DNA of 35,643 bases from assembly GCA_011605835.1 (NCBI GenBank), contig JAAOZJ010000130.1, forward strand, positions 1 through 35,643, read 5' to 3'. The position numbers and the translations under genes were made by a program. Below the pieces are notes generated by a model. It saw only the letters and a list, made by a program, of their open reading frames with translations, ran no database searches and was not told the DNA's origin. How positions within the stretch are numbered: position 1 is the first letter of the stretch; each line of letters opens with the position of its first letter. Source of the DNA: Thermoproteota archaeon (GTDB taxonomy: Archaea; Thermoproteota; Methanomethylicia; Nezhaarchaeales; WYZ-LMO8). Of the stretch, positions 27,862 to 35,643 are shown one piece after another.

Positions 27862-28159
27862 CCTCTACTACCTCAGGAACTACCTAGAGGTCGCCAAGAG
27901 AGTGAAGGAAGTGATACACTCGATAGACCCCAGCGCGAGGGTCTACGTCTTCAGCTCTGTTGTGCGAGGGGATTACACGGCCTCGAGCGATATAGACCTG
28001 CTCGTCGTGACCCTCAACGCGAAGATGAAGTACGACATCATGGTCGCGGTGTATAAAGAGATCGAAGCGCCTGTGGAGTTGCATGTAACAACACCGGATG
28101 TCTTTGAGAGGTGGTATAAGAGGTTCATAAAGCCGGGAGAAATGAAGGAGGTCGCGTAG
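27839..28159 (+). CDS. Minimal nucleotidyltransferase (MNT), probably degenerate
   Basis: VYVFSSVVRG..SDIDLLV and VELHV; the canonical FGS is FSS here. TTG start at 27839. Confidence 0.8.
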   Translation: MSSQRRPDLYYLRNYLEVAKRVKEVIHSIDPSARVYVFSSVVRGDYTASSDIDLLVVTLNAKMKYDIMVAVYKEIEAPVELHVTTPDVFERWYKRFIKPGEMKEVA

Positions 28160-28165
28160 AGTTGA

Positions 28166-28261
28166 TGGCCCGGCCGGGATTTGAACCCGGGTCTCCGGCT
28201 CGAAAGGCCGGGATACTTGACCTGGCTCTACGGCCCACGCAGGCCTCTATACGACCGGGCC
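28166..28261 (-). tRNA. tRNA-Glu(TTC) with 21-nt non-canonical D-loop intron (28226-28246)
   Basis: GGCCCGG/CCGGGCC acceptor stem, CCGGC-CTTTCGA-GCCGG anticodon arm and CCGGG-TTCAAAT-CCCGG T-arm. Removing AGGCCTGCGTGGGCCGTAGAG restores a 75-nt tRNA. Confidence 0.9.
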
Positions 28262-28350
28262 CTTGTCTACGATTTTAGCGCGAGCTCTTAAATGTTAGGT
28301 CTTTTGTGCCTAGGTTAGCTTTATTTCATCGAACTCACAATATATCCTCG

Positions 28351-29094
28351 GTGTCCTGCTTGGACGTGAAGATAGTCGGTAGGGGGTTTAGAGAGAGCTG
28401 GCTCGTCGTCGGGCTTCCAGATGCAGGGCTCGTGGGCGCTATCTCGGCGGCCCACGTGGTCAGGGCGCTGGGCTTGGAGGCTGTCGCCTACGTCGAGAGC
28501 GAGCTACTGCCGCCCGTGATAGTCGTCCACCAGTCCAAGGTCTGCGACCCGATGAGGGTCTTCGGCAGGCAGGGCTTGATGGTCTTGAGTAGCGAGGTCC
28601 CGGTTCACCCCTCGCTCGTCTACCCGCTGGGCAAGAGCGTAGTCGAGTGGGCCGTGAGGGAGGGGGCTAAGGGGATAATAACCATTACCGGCATCGCCGT
28701 GCCGAACAGGCTTGAGATAGAGACTCCGGAGGTCTACGGCATAGCGGGCAACTCCGAGCTCTATGACGTGCTGGCCAAGGCCAACGTCAAGAGCTTCGAG
28801 GAGGGCTTCGTGGTCGGGCCCGCGGCGGTAATGATGAAGGAGGGCATAAAGAGGGGGCTCCCGACTATGACGCTCTTGGCCCAGTGCTTCTTGGAGTACC
28901 CGGACCCCGGCGCTGCTGCCCAAGCGCTCACGGCATTGAACAGGATACTCGATATAAACGTGGACGTCAAGCCGTTGCTTGAGGAGGCCGAGATGATAAG
29001 GGTGAGGACGCGCGAGCTCATGAGGAGGACGGCGGAGGTCATGAAGCAGATGAGGAAGGGCCACGAGTACGAGGTCCCGTTGATGTACACGTAG
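28351..29094 (+). CDS. Proteasome assembly chaperone PAC2-family protein
   Basis: GLPDAGLVG, LPPV, YPDPGAAA and VDVKPLLEEAE; C-terminal MYT (HbYX-like). Start uncertain. Confidence 0.88.
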   Translation: MSCLDVKIVGRGFRESWLVVGLPDAGLVGAISAAHVVRALGLEAVAYVESELLPPVIVVHQSKVCDPMRVFGRQGLMVLSSEVPVHPSLVYPLGKSVVEWAVREGAKGIITITGIAVPNRLEIETPEVYGIAGNSELYDVLAKANVKSFEEGFVVGPAAVMMKEGIKRGLPTMTLLAQCFLEYPDPGAAAQALTALNRILDINVDVKPLLEEAEMIRVRTRELMRRTAEVMKQMRKGHEYEVPLMYT

Positions 29095-29096
29095 AG

Positions 29097-29531
29097 GTGG
29101 CGCATGTGTTCAGAAGGAGGAGGACTATCTTCGAGTCTATATCAGACCTCTTGGACGAGATCAGGGGCGAGGTCGAGAGGTTATCGTCGCTCTTCGAGGA
29201 CTTAGAGGAGCCCATGTGGAACGCCAGTGAGTGCTGCCTCATCCCCCTGTCCACGATAAGGGACTTGGGGGACGAGTACGAGGTCGTCGTCGACCTGCCC
29301 CTAGTCGACAGCGGCAAGATAAACGTCTACGTGGAGGGCGAGGACACCTTGAAGGTCGAGGCGGAGATAAGGGAGGGGGTCAGGTTCGAGCGCTGGGGGA
29401 CAGTTCAGAAGAACGTCGAGTTCCGGAGGTACAGGAAGATTGTGAGGTTCCCCGAGCCCGTCGATCCCACGTCTTTGAGGATAGTGTCGTTCAAGCAAGG
29501 GTTCTTGGTCGTCAGGGTCAGAAAAGTTTGA
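29097..29531 (+). CDS. Small heat shock protein (Hsp20/alpha-crystallin)
   Basis: EYEVVVDLP, FRRYRKIVRFPEPVD and FKQGFLVVRV. Confidence 0.88.
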   Translation: MAHVFRRRRTIFESISDLLDEIRGEVERLSSLFEDLEEPMWNASECCLIPLSTIRDLGDEYEVVVDLPLVDSGKINVYVEGEDTLKVEAEIREGVRFERWGTVQKNVEFRRYRKIVRFPEPVDPTSLRIVSFKQGFLVVRVRKV

Positions 29532-30942
29532 GATCTAGGTCGACGTCCCCCCTCTCGATCAGCATGGCCCTGACCCTCTCCGCCACCTCGACCACGGCGT
29601 CGTAGAGCTTGGCCGTTATCGCGCCTTTATTCACGAGTTCTCTGGCCTTGTCCAAGTCTAGGACCCGGACCTCTCCGTTAGGCTTGGCCACTACGTCCAC
29701 TTCTAGGTCGACGTACCTGACCCTTTTAGGCGCTATCTCCACGGGGGTCGAGATGTTGACGTAGATCCCCTTCAGGGTCCCTCCCTTGTCGTAGTAGGCG
29801 GTCTTCGATATAGGCGACCCGAGCCTGTAGGTCGAGAGGCCGTAGTCCCCCTCCTCCTTCGGAACTCCGAGGCCGTCGTAGACCCCGCCGCCCTTGAACC
29901 TCCTCCTTAGTGTAACGGTCGCGCTCTCGACGTCGAAGTCCTCCACGACCCCCGGCGTCAGCTCGTACACCCTGCCATCGGGCTTCACGTGCTCCACGAC
30001 CATTCTCGCCCCCTCCTTGACCACGCTCCTCGTGATCACGCTGGAGGCCATGGCACCAGCTCCCGAGCCTAGAGGGAGAAAGGCCATGAGCTTCTCCACG
30101 ACGTCGACGGCGTACGCGTACTTCCTCCCCCAGCTCTTTATCAAGTGGTGGTTGGGCATGGTGGTGACTACGAGGCCTCGGAGCTCGTCGAGGCGCTTCT
30201 TGCTCCCGTAAGGCACCATGACCACGTAGCGCGTCGGCGGCTCGTAGACGAGGCAAGGTGCCTTGGACTCTTGAGCCCTCTGCATCAGCTTCAGGGCCTC
30301 CTCCTTCAACCTCTGGAGCTCCTCGAGTAACTCGCTCATGCTCGCTGTTAATGCCTCCCTCTTCCACTGTACTCCCCAGTCCGGCGGCCTCATCAAATTG
30401 CCTAAGTTCATCAACTTACTGGTCGTAGTCGGGGGCGCGTCTTTAGGCGTGGAGACCCAGCCCTCCTTCACCAAGTCCGCATAGCGGCCGATTATCCTCA
30501 CTCTCTTCGTCAGGGCAACGTGATTGCCCTTGGAATTCGCGTTCCTGATCGGCGAGACCATAACTTCCTGCCCCTCCACGAGCTTCTCGGGCAAGAGGCC
30601 CATACCCTCGCCGTAGTTTATGTAAGAACCCCTTTCGTCTACTTTCTCGACGATCCCTTTGTAGATCTCGTAGCCAGCCTTCTTGCTCACGACGACGACG
30701 TCAGGCAGGCTCTCCATTAAGAGCCCCACGACCTCGCGAGCCCTGGGGCCCTCGACGGCTATGGAGCCCTGGGGCGGCTTGTAGTCCCTGATAACCGCGT
30801 CCCACTCCTTGGGCGGGTCTTTGAGCCCGAACCTCTCGGCCGTGGTGGTCGAGGGCTTGGCGATCTTGAAGCCGTGGTCGAGCAGTAGCTTGACAAGGGC
30901 CGTCGTGTATATCCCCCTAACCATCACGGAGACATCGGCCAC
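29518..30942 (-). CDS. fau-1: FAU-1-like RNA-binding protein/ribonuclease (DUF402)
   Basis: VRGIYTTALVKLL, HHLIK, GVYDGLGVPKEEGD, YVNISTP and YVDLEVDVV. Confidence 0.88.
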   Translation of the reverse strand: MADVSVMVRGIYTTALVKLLLDHGFKIAKPSTTTAERFGLKDPPKEWDAVIRDYKPPQGSIAVEGPRAREVVGLLMESLPDVVVVSKKAGYEIYKGIVEKVDERGSYINYGEGMGLLPEKLVEGQEVMVSPIRNANSKGNHVALTKRVRIIGRYADLVKEGWVSTPKDAPPTTTSKLMNLGNLMRPPDWGVQWKREALTASMSELLEELQRLKEEALKLMQRAQESKAPCLVYEPPTRYVVMVPYGSKKRLDELRGLVVTTMPNHHLIKSWGRKYAYAVDVVEKLMAFLPLGSGAGAMASSVITRSVVKEGARMVVEHVKPDGRVYELTPGVVEDFDVESATVTLRRRFKGGGVYDGLGVPKEEGDYGLSTYRLGSPISKTAYYDKGGTLKGIYVNISTPVEIAPKRVRYVDLEVDVVAKPNGEVRVLDLDKARELVNKGAITAKLYDAVVEVAERVRAMLIERGDVDLDLKLF

Positions 30943-31068
30943 GGCGAAGCACCCACGTCCTCTCGCCTACCGCGTTCGACTTTATTATGAAAGATTTTTA
31001 AGAAAGAGCTTAAGCCTTTTCTTATCAGGCTCTGCATCTGCTCTCCCTCCTGGCTTGCTTTGCGCGAG

Positions 31069-31347
31069 GTGTCGTCTGTGTCTGCCGAGAGTGACGTCGA
31101 GCGTAAGATACAGCAAGCCATCACGGTTCTGCAGAGAATAGCCGACGACCTCGGGGTTCCCCGAAACATCAGGAGGGCTTGCAGCGAATCAATAAAGGTC
31201 TTGAAGGACAAGAAGTACACGCCCGGCGTAAGGGCGGCGAACGCCATAAGCATACTCGACGAGTGCAGCCAAGATCCCAACATGCCGCTCTTCGCCAGGA
31301 CGGCCATCTGGCAAGCCGTCAGCATACTGGAGCAGGTGAAGGATTAG
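31069..31347 (+). CDS. UPF0147 family protein
   Basis: DLGVPRNIRRA, RAANAISILDE.SQDPNMP..ARTAIW. Start uncertain. Confidence 0.9.
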   Translation: MSSVSAESDVERKIQQAITVLQRIADDLGVPRNIRRACSESIKVLKDKKYTPGVRAANAISILDECSQDPNMPLFARTAIWQAVSILEQVKD

Positions 31348-31370
31348 AAGCCTAGGTCGGTGGTCTCCTC

Positions 31371-31733
31371 GTGAGCAGGGATAGGGACGAGGCCGTTAGG
31401 ATGAAGCGCATGGTTGACCTTCTGAGAAGCGGAGCGACGATGCTCGCCGACGTATGTCCAATATGCAACTCCCCTCTTTTTAAATTGAAGAGCGGCGACG
31501 TGTACTGCCCAGGGTGCGAGAAGAGGGTCGTTTTCGTAAAGGAGGGGGAGGACGTAGCTAAGACTATGCAAATACAGGTCATAGGCGAGCTAACGTCGAC
31601 TGCGAGCCAGAAGCTCATGGAGCTCACGAACATGGCCAAGTACGAGAGTGACGTGGACAGGCTCTACGAGCTCGGCCGTTGCGTGCTCACGTGGCTCGAG
31701 ATATTCGAGAGGGTCAGGAAGCTCCAGGCTTAG
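31371..31733 (+). CDS. UPF0148 / autoantigen p27-like Zn-ribbon protein
   Basis: LLRSGATMLADVCPICNSPLF...YCPGC. Confidence 0.88.
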   Translation: MSRDRDEAVRMKRMVDLLRSGATMLADVCPICNSPLFKLKSGDVYCPGCEKRVVFVKEGEDVAKTMQIQVIGELTSTASQKLMELTNMAKYESDVDRLYELGRCVLTWLEIFERVRKLQA

Positions 31734-32983
31734 CCCGAGGCCCTCTTCAGCTTCAACGCCTCGACTGCCTCGCGCAAGAGTACTCGAGCCAAGGCCCTCT
31801 TGGTCAGCCTGCCAGTCGCGAACGTTCTGACCCTGGTTATGATGACGCCTTCGTTGAAGTCTGAGCCGAAGCCTATGTCGCGCCTCGAGACGTCGTTGGC
31901 AACTATTATGTCGAAGCCGTGTTCCTCCATCCTCGCCCTCGCCCTCTTCACGTGCTCCTCGAGGGGGATGCCGTGCTCAGCCTTGAAGCCCACTAGGACG
32001 GCTCTTGGCGCCCTCTCTCTCAGGGCCTTCGATATCTTGGGTGTAGGCTTTAAGGTGACTCTCAGGGTAGTGTCCGAGCTCACCTTGTCGCTATAGCTCT
32101 CTTCGAAGTAGAAGTCCGAGGGCGCCGCCGCCAGCACTATTATTTGGGGGCCCTCCCTGTCAACGACGTCTAGACATGCGTCCAGCATATCCCTCGTGGA
32201 GGTGACGCCCTTGAAGCGCACGCCCTTGGGCGGCTTGAGGTTCGTGGGGCCCGATACCAAGAACGTCTCAGCGCCATTGTTGGCGCACACAGAGGCTATG
32301 GCGTAGCCCATCTTGCCCGAGCTGGCATTGCTGAGAAACCTCACGGGGTCCAAGTGCTCGCGCGTCGGCCCTGCTGTCACGAGGACCTTTAAGCCCCTTA
32401 ACCCGACCACGGGGTTCAGAGAGTCCTCCACGACGTCGGCTATCTCCTCCACAGAGGCCATCCTCAGCCTACCCTCATCGAAGTCCGGGTCAACCACTAC
32501 TACCCCCATCTTCCTCAGTCTCTCGAGCCCCTCTTTAACCACGGGCGAGAAGTACATGTCTGAGTGCATGGCTGGGGCCACTACTATCGGCTTCTTAGAG
32601 CCCAAGGCCGTCACCAAAACGTCCATTACCACGTTATCAGAGATCCCGTTGGCGAGCTTGCATATGGTGTTGGCAGTCGCGGGCGCCACAACCACGGCGT
32701 GGGCCCAACCACTCCCGCTAGCGATGGCTATATGCTCAGTCCTCCCGGTGCCCTTTACTATCGGCTTCTGGCCAGAGGCCCAGTACATCATGGTCGGGGT
32801 CACGAACCTCAAGGAGGCGGGGGTGGCGACGAACCTTACGCTCGCCCCTCTCCTTATCAGCTCTCGAGCTAAGTCCAAGGCCCTATAGGAGGCGACGCTA
32901 CCTGTGACGCAGAGCGCTACGTTGAAGCCCTTTAAGTCCTCGCTCTTCGAGCACCTTATCTCGTCGACCGGGTGTGGAAGCAA
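31730..32983 (-). CDS. coaBC: Bifunctional phosphopantothenoylcysteine decarboxylase/synthetase
   Basis: TGSVASY, VAPATANT, APAMH, TAGPTREHLDPVRFLSNASSGKMG, VGFKAE and IVAND. Confidence 0.95.
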   Translation of the reverse strand: MLPHPVDEIRCSKSEDLKGFNVALCVTGSVASYRALDLARELIRRGASVRFVATPASLRFVTPTMMYWASGQKPIVKGTGRTEHIAIASGSGWAHAVVVAPATANTICKLANGISDNVVMDVLVTALGSKKPIVVAPAMHSDMYFSPVVKEGLERLRKMGVVVVDPDFDEGRLRMASVEEIADVVEDSLNPVVGLRGLKVLVTAGPTREHLDPVRFLSNASSGKMGYAIASVCANNGAETFLVSGPTNLKPPKGVRFKGVTSTRDMLDACLDVVDREGPQIIVLAAAPSDFYFEESYSDKVSSDTTLRVTLKPTPKISKALRERAPRAVLVGFKAEHGIPLEEHVKRARARMEEHGFDIIVANDVSRRDIGFGSDFNEGVIITRVRTFATGRLTKRALARVLLREAVEALKLKRASG

Positions 32984-33057
32984 GGGACCTCTGAGCTAAA
33001 GCCTTCCCAAGCCCCTTTAAATAACCTTTTTAAATGATCCCAGGGCTCGGTATTGAT

Positions 33058-33768
33058 ATGAAAGAGCTCGAGCCTCCTCTCATCATAGTGAACTTCAAGA
33101 CCTATCTGGAGGCGACCGGTCGGAGGGCCCTGGAGCTGGCGAGGAAGTGCGAGAAAGTAGCAAGCGAGCTTGGAGTCAGCGTTGCGGTGGCTCCCCAAGC
33201 AGTCGACATCGCTGCGGTGGCCTCCTCGGTCTCGATCCCTGTCTTGGCACAACACGTCGACCCCTACCCGCCTGGGGCCTACACCGGGAGCATATCGATC
33301 GAGGCAGTCAAGGAAGCCGGGGCCGTGGGGACCCTGGTCAATCACTCAGAGAAGAGGCTACGGATAGACGAGATAGACGAAGTCGTCAAGAGGGCTAGGG
33401 ACGCGGGCCTAGAGGTCGTCGTGTGCGCGAACACACCCGAGGTAGCGGCCTCTCTCTCCGCCCTGAGGCCTAGGTTCATAGCCATAGAGCCCCCGGAGCT
33501 CATCGGCACCGGGAAGGCCGTCTCCAAGACCAGGCCGGAGGTGATAACTGACACGATAAAGCTAATCAGGCAAGTGAACCCCGAGGTCATCGTCATATGC
33601 GGTGCGGGGATAACGAGTGGCGAGGACGTGGAGGCCGCGCTCAATCTTGGGGCCCAAGGAATCTTGGTAGCCTCTGGCGTGGTCAAGGCCAAAGACCAAG
33701 AAGGGGCCTTGAGGGACTTGGTCAACGGGCTCGTGAGGGGGGCTAGGTTTAGATTTCGGGGCGTTTAA
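33058..33768 (+). CDS. tpiA: Triosephosphate isomerase (archaeal type)
   Basis: VNFKTY, AQHVD, NHSEKR, IEPPELIGTG, CGAGI and LVASGVVKA; TATA-like tract about 25 nt before the ATG at 33058. Confidence 0.96.
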   Translation: MKELEPPLIIVNFKTYLEATGRRALELARKCEKVASELGVSVAVAPQAVDIAAVASSVSIPVLAQHVDPYPPGAYTGSISIEAVKEAGAVGTLVNHSEKRLRIDEIDEVVKRARDAGLEVVVCANTPEVAASLSALRPRFIAIEPPELIGTGKAVSKTRPEVITDTIKLIRQVNPEVIVICGAGITSGEDVEAALNLGAQGILVASGVVKAKDQEGALRDLVNGLVRGARFRFRGV

Positions 33769-34204
33769 GGGCCATCCTCCTAATCCTCTCTATGGCGCCG
33801 TAGAGGGGCTCAGCGGGCTTCACGAGCCTGTAGCTCAGAGGGGGCCTGAAGTTCGGGATCTCTTCCCTCAGGGCTCGCAACGCCACCTTGACCTCGTACT
33901 CCACCGGGTCCAAGACCTCTATCGCCATCGGCTTCCTCCTGCCGACTAAGTAGCCCCAGTCCTCCTCATCGACCCCCGGATCCTCAAGGCTCTCCACGAA
34001 CCTCTTAATCTCATCGACCCCGAAGACTATCCTCCCAGCCCTGAACTCCCCGCCTATGGCTTGAACTGGAGAGCTCAAGTAGAGGACAACCACGTCGCCT
34101 GAAGCTATCTCGCCCACAAAGCCCCTGAGCTCGACCTTCTTGCGGCCCCTCAATATCTCCAGGCCGTACTTGGGCTTGATACTCATCAACGCTAGCCTCT
34201 CCAC
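33749..34204 (-). CDS. ASCH/PUA-domain protein
   Basis: MSIKPKY..ILRGRKKVELR...LYLSSP...GEF and FRPPLSY. Confidence 0.85.
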   Translation of the reverse strand: MERLALMSIKPKYGLEILRGRKKVELRGFVGEIASGDVVVLYLSSPVQAIGGEFRAGRIVFGVDEIKRFVESLEDPGVDEEDWGYLVGRRKPMAIEVLDPVEYEVKVALRALREEIPNFRPPLSYRLVKPAEPLYGAIERIRRMALKRPEI

Positions 34205-34251
34205 GGCTCGCCCAAGAAAGAGGCTTAAAGGAGGGGCCAGTTAAAATTAAG

Positions 34252-34326
34252 GGGCCCGTAGCTCAGCCAGGATAGAGCAACGGCCTTCGGAGCCGGAGGT
34301 CGGGGGTTCAAATCCCCCCGGGCCCG
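34252..34326 (+). tRNA. tRNA-Arg(TCG), intronless
   Basis: GGGCCCG/CGGGCCC acceptor stem, GCTC/GAGC D-stem, CT-TCG-GA loop and GGGGG-TTCAAAT-CCCCC T-arm; A27-G43 mismatch. Confidence 0.93.
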
Positions 34327-34484
34327 TCTTCTACATTGTCATCTAATGTAGAACGAGCAAATGATGTGGATAATCGTGAAGGCCAAGACTCTCTCTCTTT
34401 GCGTCCTCTACAGTTGTGCTAAGGGTTTCTCTAAGGCAATCACTTTAATCAGCTCTGAACAGTTTTGAACGTTCACAACTCGAT

Positions 34485-34681
34485 CGCCTTGGGGTTCCTC
34501 GCATCGGTCGGGTTCTCACCCTCTCACATGCGAGGCCATCAGGGCTCCACGTAACCCCAAAGCCCCTCACACGCCTTCAGCCTTTTACTCCTGCCCTCTC
34601 TTTGGCTCGGGGCAATAGTCATCGATTCTGCGGTTGCGCGTCCCTCATCGCTCTCACGAGCTCACGGGCGTGGTTCAAGTG
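34485..34681. repeat. Copy 2 of the dispersed non-coding element
   Basis: Same orientation and block order as 12154-12342. Confidence 0.8.
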
Positions 34682-34752
34682 GTGAGCGGCTAGCAAGTGT
34701 TGCGTTGGGCGGAGGTGGTCTCCACGTCTTTGCAACTATTTACAAAGACGCT

Positions 34753-35643
34753 TTATCTAAAAGCTACAACGGCTCTCCTCACAGCTTCTCTGTGCAACGG
34801 CGTTTGCCAAGCAACGTCCTTCCCGATCCCCAGCTCCAGGTCCTTCTCAGGTGGGGGCTCGTCGATCCAGAACCAAGGGTCCCTGTCGTATATGTTGTAC
34901 ACTATGAGGTTCTTAGCGATGAGCTCTTCTCTGAGGCCATCCGGGAAGTCCTCTTCCCATAGGCTTTGAGGATCCTCAACTACCCTCTTCAAGTAAGAGC
35001 TCCACTTTTTAATGAAGTCCTTCGTCAATTCCTTTGCCCTCACGAGCTCTGCCACGACCGCGTCCGCCTTCCACTTGGCCTCGTAAAGCTTCGCGAGCAT
35101 CTCGGGGTTACCGCCTGTGAGCCTCCACGCCTCCTCGAAGTCGGGCTTAGGCCCGGGCAACTTCTCGTACAGTTCCTCGAACCCCTTCTTACTCATGTTC
35201 CACATGGGCCTAATGGTCGCCCACCTGTGCCTGCCTATCTCCCTCCTTGACAGGCCCTCACTCGTGGCGGCTATCGCCACTATCCTCTCATAACCCTCAG
35301 GAGGATATTCCACTAGACCTAGCAGGGCCTTAACGTACATGGCAGCCTTGTCCGGCCCTATGGCTTGAAAGGCGTCGTCGACCAAGACCGCGACCTTCCC
35401 CCTCCTCCACTTGCTCACCAGCCACTTGACCGCGTCTATCGCCAGCGTCGCTAGCTTCAGCTGAGCCACCCCGATGGCCTCGGAGGTCGCCTCAGCGAAC
35501 TTCTCGACGAGTTCCCTGACGTCCGTGCGAACGACGAAGTCCCTCCGCATCGGATCCACGTAGATCGCCTCATAGCCCATCTCCCTCAAAGTCTCGGTCG
35601 CCTGCTTGAGCCATGCTGTCTTACCGCAGCCCTCGGGCCCGAA
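34753..35643 (-). CDS. Archaeal P-loop ATPase (paralogous ATPase family), 5'-truncated by the window end
   Basis: The frame stays open to the edge and gives Walker A FGPEGCGKT; Walker B VLVDD; ATSEG and LTGGNP. Confidence 0.88.
   Translation of the reverse strand, partial: FGPEGCGKTAWLKQATETLREMGYEAIYVDPMRRDFVVRTDVRELVEKFAEATSEAIGVAQLKLATLAIDAVKWLVSKWRRGKVAVLVDDAFQAIGPDKAAMYVKALLGLVEYPPEGYERIVAIAATSEGLSRREIGRHRWATIRPMWNMSKKGFEELYEKLPGPKPDFEEAWRLTGGNPEMLAKLYEAKWKADAVVAELVRAKELTKDFIKKWSSYLKRVVEDPQSLWEEDFPDGLREELIAKNLIVYNIYDRDPWFWIDEPPPEKDLELGIGKDVAWQTPLHREAVRRAVVAFR

Noticed and set aside
34279..34297. A27-G43 mismatch suggesting a tRNA pseudogene
   Set aside because: A single terminal mismatch; all other arms and conserved bases are intact.
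1..35643. CRISPR array, integrase, transposase or intein
   Set aside because: No regularly spaced repeats or matching motifs were seen by eye; polB and the synthetases are of normal length.

Overview
Gene-dense chromosomal window from an archaeon, most likely Thermoproteota/TACK (inferred from eS26, a PolB1-type polymerase, BHB-intron tRNAs and frequent GTG/TTG starts). Left to right it holds: a minus-strand membrane-bound group 4 [NiFe]-hydrogenase operon with complex-I-like subunits, interrupted by an EndoQ gene; proS, rps26e, a PfkB kinase, an unannotated 54-aa Cys-rich protein and an A24 prepilin peptidase; a LeuB/Icd-family dehydrogenase, a D-glutamate cyclase-like protein and a DUF123 nuclease; a probable box C/D sRNA; PolB1; tRNA-Arg(GCG, with intron); argS with an atypical TIGT motif; an accessory block (two CMD genes, FmdE plus an Fe/B12-type ABC transporter, AbrB-VapC, decayed HEPN-MNT) ending at tRNA-Glu(TTC, with a D-loop intron); PAC2, Hsp20, FAU-1, UPF0147, UPF0148, coaBC, tpiA and ASCH; tRNA-Arg(TCG); and a partial P-loop ATPase. 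The most notable non-obvious signals are two diverged copies of a ~190-200 nt non-coding element (about 12.15-12.34 kb and 34.49-34.68 kb) that may derive from a tnpB-type IS, and a C/D sRNA with compensatory C/D box changes that may target tRNA-Gln. All family assignments come from motif recognition by eye; no searches were run.
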